Shown here: positions 10,132 to 19,687 of the stretch, piece after piece | Layout of the letters: each line of letters begins with the position of its first letter | Position numbering within the stretch: the first letter of the stretch is position 1 | Source of the DNA: Alphaproteobacteria bacterium | GTDB lineage: Bacteria; Pseudomonadota; Alphaproteobacteria; Bin95 | Assembly (NCBI GenBank): GCA_963422665.1 | Contig: OY730441.1 | Coordinates: forward strand, 2,466,489 to 2,530,488 | Direction of reading: 5' to 3' | Length of the DNA stretch: 64,000 bases | Position numbers and translations under genes: made by a program | Notes under the pieces: generated by a model | Told to the model about the DNA's origin: nothing | Databases searched by the model: none | The model's input: the letters and a program-made list of their open reading frames with translations, nothing else

Positions 10132-11303
10132 TGCCCGTCCTCCCCATTGCCGGCAGCCTGCCGGCGCACCCGCTCGACGCGCGGAGGCGCAGGGGCAGTC
10201 ATCGAAGCCTCCGCCTGGAGAGCGGCCGACGGCCGCGCCAGCCGCTCGGCGAACATCACCGCCACTTCCGAATTGCGCGGAATCTCGACCGTCTGCCTCG
10301 ACGGGGCCTGCTGCAGCAGAACGTCGCCGACCCGCCCGGCGGCAGCCGCAAGACCGGCATCCCGGGCCTGCCGGGCGCTGCGCCCGCTCTCCTCCGTGAC
10401 AACGGTTTCCCCGCCCACAGTGACCACGCGGCGCTCCGGCTCCGCCCGCGCGATCAGATACCGCTCCACGAACCCCGTAGCCGCCGGCAGAAGCACCCGC
10501 TCCCACCAGTGGTAGGAGACATCGCCCGTCACGCCGAAACACGCGCAGTCGAGGCCGACCGCCACCGCGTCGACCGGAACCGTCTCACCGGCCACGTCCA
10601 GCGACGACAGCCGGATCACCATGCGTTCGCGCACCAGCTGGAACTCGCCGCGCGCGACCGCCCCTGCAAGCGGCGGCTGCAGCAGCTCGACCAGCACCGG
10701 CCCCGGATAGTCCGAGTTCACCGCATGCATGACGCGCGCATAGAAAGCGTCGCCGGCGCCCACGCGAGGCAGTGGCGCCGTGCGCTCCGGCACGCGCGCC
10801 CCGCCACCGTCCGGGCGCTCCGCTTCCGGCGCCCCCCAGGCGATCCTGCGAATGTCCGGAGGCCTGTTGATCGCATCGACCAGCGCCGCCACGACCGCAT
10901 CGAGATTGCCTTCATCCTCACCCGCAGGCCGGGCGTAGTCTCCGTCCGGCTCCGGCTCCCACTTCCGGCGCGGCTGCACGCGCTCCACCGGAATCGTCTC
11001 GGGCGCCCCTTCTTCCGGCTCCGCCTTTTCCTCCCGCGGCCGCGATATCACCTCCGGAGGCTTCACCGCCTCATGCCGCCTCTCGCCAACCGCCCCCGGC
11101 ACGACATCGATGTGGGACTCGCCTTTTTTCCCCGCTTCCTCCCGATCCTGCCGGTTCCTTTCATCCAGTCCCTCTTCGTAGGCCTCGTGGCCGGTCCCCT
11201 CGGCCGGGTTCAACTTCGCGCCGGGAACGACCCCGTCCAGCGCCATGGACACCGGCGCCGCGCCCAGGAACAGCACAGCCGCCAGCAACAGGCTTGCCAT
11301 CAT
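10128..11303 (-). CDS. VirB10/TrbI/DotG-like protein (N-terminal TM, Pro/Glu-rich linker, conserved C-terminal domain)
   Basis: 392 aa from MMASLLLAAVLFLGAAPVSMA; acidic proline-rich region EEKAEPEEGAPETIPVERVQP; start abuts the upstream stop. Confidence 0.5.
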   Translation of the reverse strand: MMASLLLAAVLFLGAAPVSMALDGVVPGAKLNPAEGTGHEAYEEGLDERNRQDREEAGKKGESHIDVVPGAVGERRHEAVKPPEVISRPREEKAEPEEGAPETIPVERVQPRRKWEPEPDGDYARPAGEDEGNLDAVVAALVDAINRPPDIRRIAWGAPEAERPDGGGARVPERTAPLPRVGAGDAFYARVMHAVNSDYPGPVLVELLQPPLAGAVARGEFQLVRERMVIRLSSLDVAGETVPVDAVAVGLDCACFGVTGDVSYHWWERVLLPAATGFVERYLIARAEPERRVVTVGGETVVTEESGRSARQARDAGLAAAAGRVGDVLLQQAPSRQTVEIPRNSEVAVMFAERLARPSAALQAEASMTAPAPPRVERVRRQAAGNGEDGQ

Positions 11304-12238
11304 CGCCCGCCGCCCTGCGAAGCGCCGGCCCAGATGGAGGGGCCTCCCTCGCGCACGGAAACCCGCCGCTCGCGCCCGTCGAGCGAGACCCAGAGCTCCG
11401 GCGCCGCCGGCAGCCTGTAGGCCCACCGCCCGCCCGAGCCGCGCTCCGCCGCCCAGGGCCCCGGCGACAGCACAACATGGCGGCTGAGCAGAAGCAGGTC
11501 CTCGCCCTGCCGCCAGGCCCGGTCGCCCGCGTCTCCGCCGATGAGCTCGACCCGGACCGCGCCCTCCGGGATCGCGCCCGCAAGCAGCCCCGCAAGCTCT
11601 TCGTCGCCCGCATGAAAGCTCGCCGGGCGCATCAGCGCCGCCGCATCCACGCCCGGTCCCGGCCGCGCCAGGCGCATCTCCACCCGGAAATCGCTCTCGG
11701 GTCCGCCGTTGTCCTGCAGCAGCACCACCAGAGGCTGCGCCAGGCCCCGCAGCTTCACCACCAGATTGCCGGCCAGGAAACGGCGTTTCGGCGCCAGATA
11801 AACCAGATGCCCGGCCCCGCCTTCCTCTCCGCCCCCGCCCGGCAGGAACTGCGAGTCCACCAGCACCTCCTCGACCGGCCAGGGCGAGCCCGTCGTGTCC
11901 GTCCAGGACAGAACGGTCGTGAACCCGCGCCGCACCTCGACCGCCGGCGCCGCAGCCCCGGCCCCGGGGTCGACCGCAACCCGCCTGATCCGCCCCGATG
12001 GACGGAACCCGGCACCCTCCAGCGTCGCGCGCTGCTGCTGGCGGACCAGCGCGCCCAGCAGCCGGATATCCTCCTGGGTAAACGGCATCGCCCGGCGCCC
12101 GGCCGTTGCCGCTTCCTCCTCCGGAACCGCCTTGTCGGGCCAGACATCCTCGCCCCGCGGCGCCTGCGCATCGGCCATGCCCGTCATACTTGCGAGTCCG
12201 GCCGCAACCCCGGCCGCCGCCACCCATCCGAACCTCAT
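11300..12238 (-). CDS. VirB9/TrbG/DotH-like secreted outer-membrane-complex protein
   Basis: 312 aa from MRFGWVAAAGVAAGLASMTGMADAQA (signal peptide); beta-rich; ATGA overlap with upstream gene; position immediately before the VirB10-like gene. Confidence 0.45.
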   Translation of the reverse strand: MRFGWVAAAGVAAGLASMTGMADAQAPRGEDVWPDKAVPEEEAATAGRRAMPFTQEDIRLLGALVRQQQRATLEGAGFRPSGRIRRVAVDPGAGAAAPAVEVRRGFTTVLSWTDTTGSPWPVEEVLVDSQFLPGGGGEEGGAGHLVYLAPKRRFLAGNLVVKLRGLAQPLVVLLQDNGGPESDFRVEMRLARPGPGVDAAALMRPASFHAGDEELAGLLAGAIPEGAVRVELIGGDAGDRAWRQGEDLLLLSRHVVLSPGPWAAERGSGGRWAYRLPAAPELWVSLDGRERRVSVREGGPSIWAGASQGGGR

Positions 12239-12879
12239 GTCCGCACCGCCCTGGTCACGAAAATCTGCTCGATGCCGATACCGGACGCCCGCTCGTCGAA
12301 CGGCACCCGCATCACGAGCACCTTCGTCACCATCTTCGTCGAGGACGTCTTCCGCCCGGCATGGAACGTGATCAGCATCGGGAACTCGAGCTGCCAGCCC
12401 GCGCGCCCGTCCCCGAATATCTGCGCATCCGTGATCACCGGCGCGCCCTGCGCCACCGCGCTCGCGACCTGGTAGTTGTCCCTGATCCGGTCGAGATACA
12501 GGCTCTCCTCGAGCCCCGCCACGAAGGAGTCGAAGCCCTCGTCCGTGAAATAGACCCGCACCGCCGAGAGCCGCGGCCGCCAGTCGTGATGCCCGAAGGT
12601 GAACGCCTCCGTGACCGCCGTCACCGCCCAGTTCTTCAGCGAGGCGTCCGTGCGCACCGGCTCTTCCAGCCCCTGCGCCTCGATGATCTTGCCGTCCGGC
12701 GTCGCCGCGATCGTCACATAGACCGTGTCGTGAAGGTCGATATAGCTCCAGAGCGCCACTGTCAGCAGTACGTTCATACCGAGCAGCACGAACGCGATCC
12801 GCCGCCAGCCGTGATGCGCCGAACGCTCGAAAGACAGGCTCCGCGCCGCCGCTGCGACCGCCTGGCGGAGATCGCTCAC
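12235..12879 (-). CDS. DotI/IcmL (R64 TraM)-like bitopic inner-membrane protein
   Basis: 214 aa (IcmL is ~212 aa), single TM IAFVLLGMNVLLTVALWSYI then periplasmic domain; GTG start in GTGA overlap; directly precedes DotH/DotG-like genes as in icmL-icmK-icmE. Confidence 0.5.
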   Translation of the reverse strand: MSDLRQAVAAAARSLSFERSAHHGWRRIAFVLLGMNVLLTVALWSYIDLHDTVYVTIAATPDGKIIEAQGLEEPVRTDASLKNWAVTAVTEAFTFGHHDWRPRLSAVRVYFTDEGFDSFVAGLEESLYLDRIRDNYQVASAVAQGAPVITDAQIFGDGRAGWQLEFPMLITFHAGRKTSSTKMVTKVLVMRVPFDERASGIGIEQIFVTRAVRT

Positions 12880-13244
12880 CGGACCCGCCAGGGCGCCGGA
12901 TCCATCGGGACCCGCGCCTCCGGAAACTCCGGGCCGAATACCCAGCCTGCGGTAAGGACGCAGAAACACATCGCGCAGACCGCGAACCCGACCGCGTTGC
13001 CGCGCCGCCATGCCCGCAAGGCCCGGACAGCCCGGAACGCCAGCGCCACCGCAAACGCCGCATTCAGGACCCAGCCAAAGGCTTCCTCCCCCGGCGTCCG
13101 CCGCCGCAGCAGATCCTGCGCCTTGCTCCCATACCTGTCGGCCAGTCCCCGCGCCGCGCCCCCAAAGCACAGAACCGCAAACACGGGCGCCGCTACCGAG
13201 GCCCCGGGACTCGCATCCGCCGCCCGTTTCAGCCGAACCCGCAT
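12876..13244 (-). CDS. Small integral membrane protein (IcmM/DotJ-position)
   Basis: 122 aa, 3 hydrophobic helices; 3-nt gap to upstream gene. Confidence 0.35.
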   Translation of the reverse strand: MRVRLKRAADASPGASVAAPVFAVLCFGGAARGLADRYGSKAQDLLRRRTPGEEAFGWVLNAAFAVALAFRAVRALRAWRRGNAVGFAVCAMCFCVLTAGWVFGPEFPEARVPMDPAPWRVR

Positions 13245-13247
13245 CGC

Positions 13248-13595
13248 TCAGTCCGCCGGCCATACGAGGAAGGCCAACAGCGCGAAGCCAGGTGCGCCTC
13301 CCAAAGCCCACGCCAGCACCCACAAAGTCCCGACCGCCGCCACGCTCACCGCAACACCGACGACCCCGACAGGACTTCCGGCCTCCAGACGGCATTTCAG
13401 CCTCGCCAGCAGCAGCAAGGACAACCCCGGCGCCAACACAACACATATCAACCCGGGAACCCGAAACAGCAACGGCCCCGAACGCAGCAGCAGGTCCTGC
13501 GTCATGCCCGTACAGGTCGCCGCCGGGGAGGGCGAAGCGACGCCCAACCGGGCAACCGCGGCCAAGGCCGCAACGCTCCCGGCAACCGCTCTCAT
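13248..13595 (-). CDS. Small integral membrane protein
   Basis: 115 aa from internal Met overlapping upstream stop (ATGA); 3 TM helices. Confidence 0.35.
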   Translation of the reverse strand: MRAVAGSVAALAAVARLGVASPSPAATCTGMTQDLLLRSGPLLFRVPGLICVVLAPGLSLLLLARLKCRLEAGSPVGVVGVAVSVAAVGTLWVLAWALGGAPGFALLAFLVWPAD

Positions 13596-14563
13596 TCCGC
13601 CGGCCCGTCGCCAAACCACTCCCTGAAGTCCGCTCCGACCGCCGAGGCGATCCGCCCTTCCGGCTCGCGCATCAGCGCAAAGGGCACAAACTCCGACCCC
13701 GTGCGCTCGAACAGTTTCCGGTTCAGCGCCACACCTGCCGCCGCATCCGCACTCACAACCGGCCATTCGTCCTCGCGATCGAGCGTGAACCAGGTCCGCG
13801 CCCGGTCCTCCGCACCCAGCACCAGCGCGGCCATGACCTCGGCCTCCGCGCCGCGCGCGCCTACAGGCACCACGCGCAACACGATCCCGCCGTCGAGCGC
13901 ACGGCGCGCAAGCTCCGCAACCGCCGCCCGGGAAGGAAGACAGGTCGGATCGGCGAAGATCGCGACCTGCGGACCGGACTCGCCGAGGTCGAACCCCTCC
14001 ACCGCAAACGCCGCCTCGAATATCCCTGGCGGCAACCGGTTCGCTGCCCCGGACCTGCGCCCTTGCGGCAGTCCTTCCGGTACCGCCGCAACCCTGGACT
14101 TCTCCGCCAGCAGCCCCCGATACGATGACCCGACACCGCCCGCCTGCGCCCGTGGCGCAATCCGCGAAGCCCGGGCTCGCGGCTCCACCTTCGATACGGA
14201 AGTCCCGGACCGCTTCCCGATATCGCCGGGCGGTCGCCCGGCCGCCTCCCTGACGGACGCCACCTGGCTGTCCGTCAGCTCCCGGCCGTCAGGCCCGAAC
14301 AGCAGCCCCATCACCCCGTGGCCGCTCTCGTCCACATAAAGCGTGTAAGGAGACTTGCCGCGAGGCGTGACCAGCCACCCCTCGAGCGCTCCCCTGCGAC
14401 CGAGCGGCATCACCTCCGCTCCGTTCGTGCGAAGACCGGCCACAAGCGCGCCGCCCGCCTCCTGGCCCGATGCCGTCTTCATATCCACCGACCACCCGAT
14501 CGTCACGGCGCCCACCAATGCTGAAACCGCCCAGGCGCACGTCTTCTTCGCGCGCAACTCCAT
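13592..14563 (-). CDS. Periplasmic thioredoxin-fold protein, DsbC/TrbB-like (CxxS variant)
   Basis: signal peptide MELRAKKTCAWAVSALVGAVTIGW; C-terminal IFADPTCLPSRAAVAELAR resembles the thiol-disulfide isomerase motif with a single Cys; first gene after a ~800 bp non-coding-looking gap. Confidence 0.45.
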   Translation of the reverse strand: MELRAKKTCAWAVSALVGAVTIGWSVDMKTASGQEAGGALVAGLRTNGAEVMPLGRRGALEGWLVTPRGKSPYTLYVDESGHGVMGLLFGPDGRELTDSQVASVREAAGRPPGDIGKRSGTSVSKVEPRARASRIAPRAQAGGVGSSYRGLLAEKSRVAAVPEGLPQGRRSGAANRLPPGIFEAAFAVEGFDLGESGPQVAIFADPTCLPSRAAVAELARRALDGGIVLRVVPVGARGAEAEVMAALVLGAEDRARTWFTLDREDEWPVVSADAAAGVALNRKLFERTGSEFVPFALMREPEGRIASAVGADFREWFGDGPAE

Positions 14564-15355
14564 CAACCGCCTCCCCCGAGACAGGCTTGGCGCCGCTCGC
14601 GCCGTTCCTGCCTCCACTCCGTCCAGTCCCGTCCGAACGGAATTGTCTGGCCGAAACGCGCCCCGATTCTCGATTGCGCCGAGCCCGCCCACAGGCCATC
14701 TGTCAGGCCCGAAACGATCCCGAGCCAAACGGCCGCCGCGGCCAACAGCGGAAGCCATGGCTTGTCCCATCCCGATACCGACTCATATGTCGCCGCCAGA
14801 CTCTTGGCGGGCGCTGCGCCAACCCGGTTACCCATAGCTCCATCGCAGCCCAAACCCTCAACACCGCGCTTGGGGACACGACCGAAAGCTACATGTGAGA
14901 GATTTTCGATTGCCAAAAATGCGCAATTTTCGGCTGCCATTGACATCGGCAGCAGCCCAACGAGGAGCAACAATCCCGGCCGGGCATCGTCCCACGCAAC
15001 AAACCGCGCAACGAACCCTTCCGCGCGGCGAGCCTCGCCGCGCTGCACCCGACCCCCAACCCTCCAGCCAAGCCAGAACGCCCCACCGCAGGCTCCGACG
15101 ACCCGGAGTCCGGGGAAACCCGGCAATGACGTGGCCAACGCCACCGGCAACGCCACCAGACTCCTCTTGAACGAGTGCTGCAGGTGACCGCGCTCGAACG
15201 CGCCGATCGCCACAAGCCGGTCCGCATTCATGCCCATGCCACAACTCCTGGAAACAGCACCGTCCCGGCCACGACCGCCAGGCCCATCAGCCGCGAGTCC
15301 GCGAGCCTCCGAACCGCCCTCACCGTCCTTTCCTTCATCTGCTCCGCTTCCCGCA
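14564..15355. promoter_or_regulatory. Probable non-coding break between two operons of the cluster, with repeated GATTYTCGATTGC-like motifs
   Basis: lower GC; GATTCTCGATTGCGCC at ~14665-14680, GATTTTCGATTGCC at ~14901-14914, ATTTTCGGCTGCC at ~14925-14938, TTTTTCCGATCGAC at ~15463; the only long ORF here (14563..15603) has a W/R-rich implausible N-terminus. Confidence 0.3.
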
Positions 15356-15599
15356 CTACGGTGCCGCGTCCACCCGGAAATCCCCACGGTCCGGTCCGAC
15401 TCCCCTTTCCTCCCGGCCCGGAACCTCTCCCGCCTCCGAAACCCCCGGCGCCTCTTCCACGTTTTTCCGATCGACAGGCGCCAGATCCCGGGGGACAGCC
15501 AATGACGGCGGCGCCAGCATCGACCCCCGCCGCTCTTCCACCCTGTCCGAATATTGCTCCCGGAGCGGCTCTTCCCCGGACGGCAAAACGAACTCTCCG

Positions 15600-16175
15600 T
15601 CATCGCTCCCCGACTCCCGTCGCCCTCACATGCTTCATCGCCATGGAGGCGCCGTCCTCCGACAGCCTCCCCGCCGGCGCGTCCGGAACCCCGCCCAGCG
15701 CGGCGAACAGCAGCGCCGAGGCCTCTTCGAATGTCCGACCCCGGAAAACCCTTCCGTCATGAACCCGGTAATGGCGGTCCGTCCGCCAGACGACCTCGAC
15801 GCCCGCGCGCGCCCCCCAGCGCGACATGACCGAACGCAGCGTCTCTTCCGCCCACACCCGCCAGTCCGAAGCGCCGGCGCGCGCCGCCGCGAACTCGACC
15901 TCGCTCTCGCGGATGCCGGCCGGCCGGACATGCAGCTCGTCCCCGAAGCGCCGCCATGCCAGGCCCGCATCGAACAGCAGCGAGCGCCAGTCGCCGTAGA
16001 CCCGATCAACGGGCCTGCCGGCCTCCACCCGCCGGTCCCAGCGGAGCTTGACCCCGGCCGGTCCGAGCCTCGCCGCCGTCTCCGCAAGCGACGTCGCATC
16101 CGGCGCATGCAGCAGCATGCCCTCCCGCAGCCCCGGCTCGAAATCGAAACCGGCATCGGCCGGCAGCCAACCCAT
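15600..16175 (-). CDS. Hypothetical protein in T4SS cluster (start uncertain; possible lipobox LSALC if it starts upstream within the IcmT-like gene)
   Basis: 191 aa from Met at 16175, 5 nt after the upstream stop; ordinary composition. Confidence 0.3.
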   Translation of the reverse strand: MGWLPADAGFDFEPGLREGMLLHAPDATSLAETAARLGPAGVKLRWDRRVEAGRPVDRVYGDWRSLLFDAGLAWRRFGDELHVRPAGIRESEVEFAAARAGASDWRVWAEETLRSVMSRWGARAGVEVVWRTDRHYRVHDGRVFRGRTFEEASALLFAALGGVPDAPAGRLSEDGASMAMKHVRATGVGER

Positions 16176-16180
16176 CGCGC

Positions 16181-16453
16181 CTAGAGCCAGTGCAAGTCCG
16201 CAAAGCGCCGATAGCGGTCGAGGAAAAGCGCCCGCCGGCCCCGGCAGCTCGCCGCGCGCACCCGCCTTATCGCCGCCCGCAGCCGGTAGCCCCGCTTCTC
16301 CGCAATCCGGAACGCCACGAACGCCAGCAGCAAGAGGACCGTCGTCGCAATGTTGGGCCAGAACAGCCAGGCGAACATCATCAGCGCCAGGCGCGCGTCG
16401 AACCCCCAGATCCTTACCGCGCGCGCACTGTCGCGCCACACAAGACCGTCCAT
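16181..16453 (-). CDS. IcmT/TraK-like small membrane protein
   Basis: 90 aa, single TM FAWLFWPNIATTVLLLLAFVAF, basic C-terminus; immediately downstream of the DotB-like ATPase as traK follows traJ in R64. Confidence 0.45.
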   Translation of the reverse strand: MDGLVWRDSARAVRIWGFDARLALMMFAWLFWPNIATTVLLLLAFVAFRIAEKRGYRLRAAIRRVRAASCRGRRALFLDRYRRFADLHWL

Positions 16454-16468
16454 TCCTGCCTCCCGCCA

Positions 16469-17596
16469 TCACGACGCCTCGCTCCCCGCCATGCCGTGCG
16501 AGGCGCGAATGCGCGCGAGGTCCCGCGCCCCGATCCGCCCTTCGGCAAACACCGCCTCCGCCTGCACCGCCAGTCCGTGGCCCGTCTCCCCCAAGGCTTC
16601 CGCGATCCGCTGCGGCCAGAACCGCCTCTGCATATCCAGCAGCTCCGCCTTCAGGGCCGCATCGAAGACGAGCCATTCCCGCACCGCCGTCCGCCCGCCC
16701 CCGGGGTTCGGCAGCAGCGCCTGCGTCACCACCAGGTTCAGCATGTCGATCAGCGCCGCGCCGCGCTCGCCGCGCTCGTCCTCCGGAAACTCGCTCAGCA
16801 TCCGGCGGATCGTGTTCGCCACCCCGATCGTGTGCGTCGTGCTGTAGACCGCGATCCCGAAGTCCGCCGCGTTGATCGCGGCCTCCACCGTCTCCCTGTC
16901 CCGCGCCTCGCCCACGATCACCGCCGCCGGGCGCCGACGAAGGCTCGCCCGCAGCCCATCGGCGAAATCCACGAAATGGCGCGGGATCTCCGAGCTCGAC
17001 ATCAGGCTCGCGCCGCCCGTCTCCACACCGTCGAAGACGAACTCGATCGGGGCCTCGTAGCTCTGGATGCGGCCCGCCCCCATCTCCAGAAGCCGCCTGG
17101 TTCCCGCAGCCAGCAGCGTGCTCTTGCCGCTGCCGGGAACGCCCGTGACGAGGTTCAGCCCCGTGCAGGCCTCCAGCGCCCGAACGATCTCATCCTCAAT
17201 GCTCAACTCTTCCAACGTCGGCGGATCGCCGGGCAGGAGCCGCATGGTGATGTTGATCCCGAAGCCGTGCCGCACCTGCACCGGCGAGAGATTGCAGCGG
17301 AACCGGATATCCCGCCCGCGCTCCAGCCCCACCGCATGCCCGCAGTCCACCGCACGGCCCGACCGCAACACGCCGTCCGCGGTCTCCCGCCCGATCTCGC
17401 GCGCGATCCGCTCGACGGTCGTGTTGTCCAGCAAGGCCCGCGTCGCCTGCCTCACCCGGCCATCCACCTCGATCAGCGCCGGCGCCTGCGTCTGGAACGA
17501 CACGTCAGACGCCCGCTCCTCCCAGGCCCACCGGAGGAAATCGTCCAGTTGCTCGACCGGAAACACGTAATCGCCGGGCGCCCAGAGACCGGTCAT
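16469..17596 (-). CDS. DotB/TraJ-like secretion ATPase (PilT/VirB11 family)
   Basis: Walker A GVPGSGKSTLLAAG; Walker B-like VIVGEARD; ~375 aa from MTGLWAPGD; ATGA overlap with upstream gene. Confidence 0.8.
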   Translation of the reverse strand: MTGLWAPGDYVFPVEQLDDFLRWAWEERASDVSFQTQAPALIEVDGRVRQATRALLDNTTVERIAREIGRETADGVLRSGRAVDCGHAVGLERGRDIRFRCNLSPVQVRHGFGINITMRLLPGDPPTLEELSIEDEIVRALEACTGLNLVTGVPGSGKSTLLAAGTRRLLEMGAGRIQSYEAPIEFVFDGVETGGASLMSSSEIPRHFVDFADGLRASLRRRPAAVIVGEARDRETVEAAINAADFGIAVYSTTHTIGVANTIRRMLSEFPEDERGERGAALIDMLNLVVTQALLPNPGGGRTAVREWLVFDAALKAELLDMQRRFWPQRIAEALGETGHGLAVQAEAVFAEGRIGARDLARIRASHGMAGSEAS

Positions 17597-18198
17597 CGCA
17601 CCCGCCTCCTCTGCGGCGGCCGCGCAAGGAGAAGCCGGAACGCCTTTGCCAACGAACATTCGCGTCGGCGCGAAACCGCCGCCAGCGCCCGGTAATCCGC
17701 GGATGCCGCTACAATCGCTCCGATCGCAAGAACCCCACCGACCGGCACGCAGTCTTCCGCCGATCCGAAGAAGCCCCCGCCAAATCCAAAAACAACGAGA
17801 GTCGACCGACAGTCTATAAACCCCGTATCCTCGTCGTCATATCCACCCAACTTCCAGCCCGGAAACCACAGTACGCCAATCCCAAACGCACAGGCACTCG
17901 TGAAAAAACCCAACCGCGACCACAAGCCTCCGCCTTTCAATCCGCACAAAACCAGGGCGACCGGCATCAACAAGGTCAAATAAACCGAACCCTCGTAGTC
18001 CTGCCCATGCTTATCGCGGACCCTTCCTTCCTCTACCGACTCCGTAACGGCCCTGGCGTCGTCATTGCCATCTGCACAGCGCCTTTGCTTCCTTGTTCCT
18101 GCATGCCTGTCCGCACCGCTCAGCTTCGCTGGCTCAGAAGCAAGCGCTTCCGGATATTCATGGTGCTCGTACCCGGCCTCGTGCTCATGGCTCCTCAT
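17593..18198 (-). CDS. Hypothetical membrane protein with His/acidic N-terminus (spans a low-GC patch)
   Basis: MRSHEHEAGYEHHEYPE... then Gly-rich hydrophobic segments; start uncertain. Confidence 0.25.
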   Translation of the reverse strand: MRSHEHEAGYEHHEYPEALASEPAKLSGADRHAGTRKQRRCADGNDDARAVTESVEEGRVRDKHGQDYEGSVYLTLLMPVALVLCGLKGGGLWSRLGFFTSACAFGIGVLWFPGWKLGGYDDEDTGFIDCRSTLVVFGFGGGFFGSAEDCVPVGGVLAIGAIVAASADYRALAAVSRRRECSLAKAFRLLLARPPQRRRVR

Positions 18199-18299
18199 CG
18201 GCTCGACGTCGGCCTGCCCGTCCTTGGCCGGTTCTGAACCTTCGTCGTAGCGCCCGCGGCCCGCCCCCACCGGCATGCCCCTGTCCCTTTCCGCGCCAC

Positions 18300-19163
18300 T
18301 CACGGCCCCGCCTCCGCCCAAACCGGAAGCGCGGCCCCCGCCGCCCCGTCGTCGTTGCGAAAGACGAACCCACGCCACTGGCGCGAACGAAGCTGAAGCT
18401 CCGCAGGACGCCCGAGCCTCACCAGCGTCTCGCCGACCCGCATCACCCGGCCGTCACCGGCCGTCGCCGAACGGCTGACCTCAACCTTCGGAGCGCCCAC
18501 CATGCGGGCGCCGTGGAGCGTGTTCCAACGCGCGATCCCCTCCAGAAGCGCATTCAGACGATCCAGGTCCGCCGCAAAAATCGCGTCCGCCTGCTTCACC
18601 CCCTCCTGCCAGCCGCGCGCGATCCACCGCGCCCAATCCGACTTCTCCGCGTCGTCGCGGGGGAACAGCACCGATACCGGCGGCTCCGGAACCCGCCAGC
18701 GGCGGAGCAGGAAGTCCCGCCAGTGAGGCGGCGCCGTCGCCAGACGCTCGGATTCCATGATCCGCACCACGCGCGCCGCCGAGGCCGCGCGCCGGCCGTC
18801 GCGCCCCAGCCGCACCGCCTGGCGTGTCTCGCCCACCACCGGCGGCACCAGCACGAACCCGTGCCGGCTCTCCATCAACCGCCTGAACCCGTAGAGCCGG
18901 TCGAGGCTCGCCTCGTGCTTCCCCACGACATCCCGCGCGATCTCCCAGGATCGCCACGCGAGACCTCCCTGCGCCCCATAGGCCAGAGCCGTAGCGCGCA
19001 TCGCCTCCCGGCGCTTCTCCTCGCCGAACTCCACACCCAGGTCGCTGCCCGGCCTTGCCTCCAGCAGTGCCGAAAGGTCCGGCGGCGCTGAGTCCTCCGC
19101 CGCTGCCCACAACGGGACCAGAAGCACGGCCAGGGCCGGAAGGAGGAAGCGCGCGAGCCGCAT
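18300..19163 (-). CDS. Secreted periplasmic protein (DotC-position, no lipobox)
   Basis: 287 aa from MRLARFLLPALAVLLVPLWAAA (signal peptide); Met overlaps upstream stop by 1 nt. Confidence 0.4.
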   Translation of the reverse strand: MRLARFLLPALAVLLVPLWAAAEDSAPPDLSALLEARPGSDLGVEFGEEKRREAMRATALAYGAQGGLAWRSWEIARDVVGKHEASLDRLYGFRRLMESRHGFVLVPPVVGETRQAVRLGRDGRRAASAARVVRIMESERLATAPPHWRDFLLRRWRVPEPPVSVLFPRDDAEKSDWARWIARGWQEGVKQADAIFAADLDRLNALLEGIARWNTLHGARMVGAPKVEVSRSATAGDGRVMRVGETLVRLGRPAELQLRSRQWRGFVFRNDDGAAGAALPVWAEAGP

Positions 19164-19687
19164 CAACCGCCGGTTCCCTGCGCGCGCGGTTCCGCCTCGA
19201 ACCAGTCGAGGCGCACAGTCATGCGGCCGGCGTCCACCGTCAGAAGCGCGCGGTCCGCCGCCTGCATGCCGGCATCCCTGAAGATGTGGATGAGCGGCGC
19301 GTCCTTCGCCTCGATCTCGACCAGCACGGGCGCCGGCGGCGGACGGCCCGCCGTCACCAGCGCATAGCCTGCGCCCGCCGCCAGCTGCCGCGCCAGCTCC
19401 TCCAGCGGCCCGATGTAATCCATCGACACGCGCAGCAAGAGTTCGGGCGGGGTATTCCTCGGTATGTCGGGAGCACTGAGGTCCGCTCCCGCCGAGCGCG
19501 ACTCCGCGAGCTTCGACAGCGCCCGCTCCGCGCGCAACGCCGCTTCCGCAAGACGCGCTTCTGCAGGATCCACGATCGAGCCGTTGCCTTCCTTCGGCGC
19601 CGGGTCCCGGCCGAAATCCAGCGTCTGGCAGCCGCCAAGCGCCAGCGCGCCCACCATGAACGCTCCCGCGGCTGCGCCGATGCTCAT
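19163..19687 (-). CDS. Lipoprotein, DotD/TraH-like by size and position
   Basis: MSIGAAAGAFMVGALALGGC lipobox; ~175 aa; followed by a ~290-aa secreted protein and the DotB-like ATPase (dotD-dotC-dotB order). Confidence 0.45.
   Translation of the reverse strand: MSIGAAAGAFMVGALALGGCQTLDFGRDPAPKEGNGSIVDPAEARLAEAALRAERALSKLAESRSAGADLSAPDIPRNTPPELLLRVSMDYIGPLEELARQLAAGAGYALVTAGRPPPAPVLVEIEAKDAPLIHIFRDAGMQAADRALLTVDAGRMTVRLDWFEAEPRAQGTGG

Noticed and set aside
14563-15603. 346-aa minus-strand ORF bridging the DsbC-like gene and the upstream operon
   Set aside because: N-terminal two-thirds is W/R-rich nonsense spanning an AT-richer region with repeated motifs. Treated as non-coding, apart from a possible 76-aa acidic ORF at 15356..15586 (low confidence).
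17990-18240. Plus-strand 76-aa ORF 18007..18237 in a low-GC patch
   Set aside because: Composition not protein-like. The patch is better explained as a His/acidic-rich segment of the minus-strand gene 17593..18198, or as foreign insert DNA.
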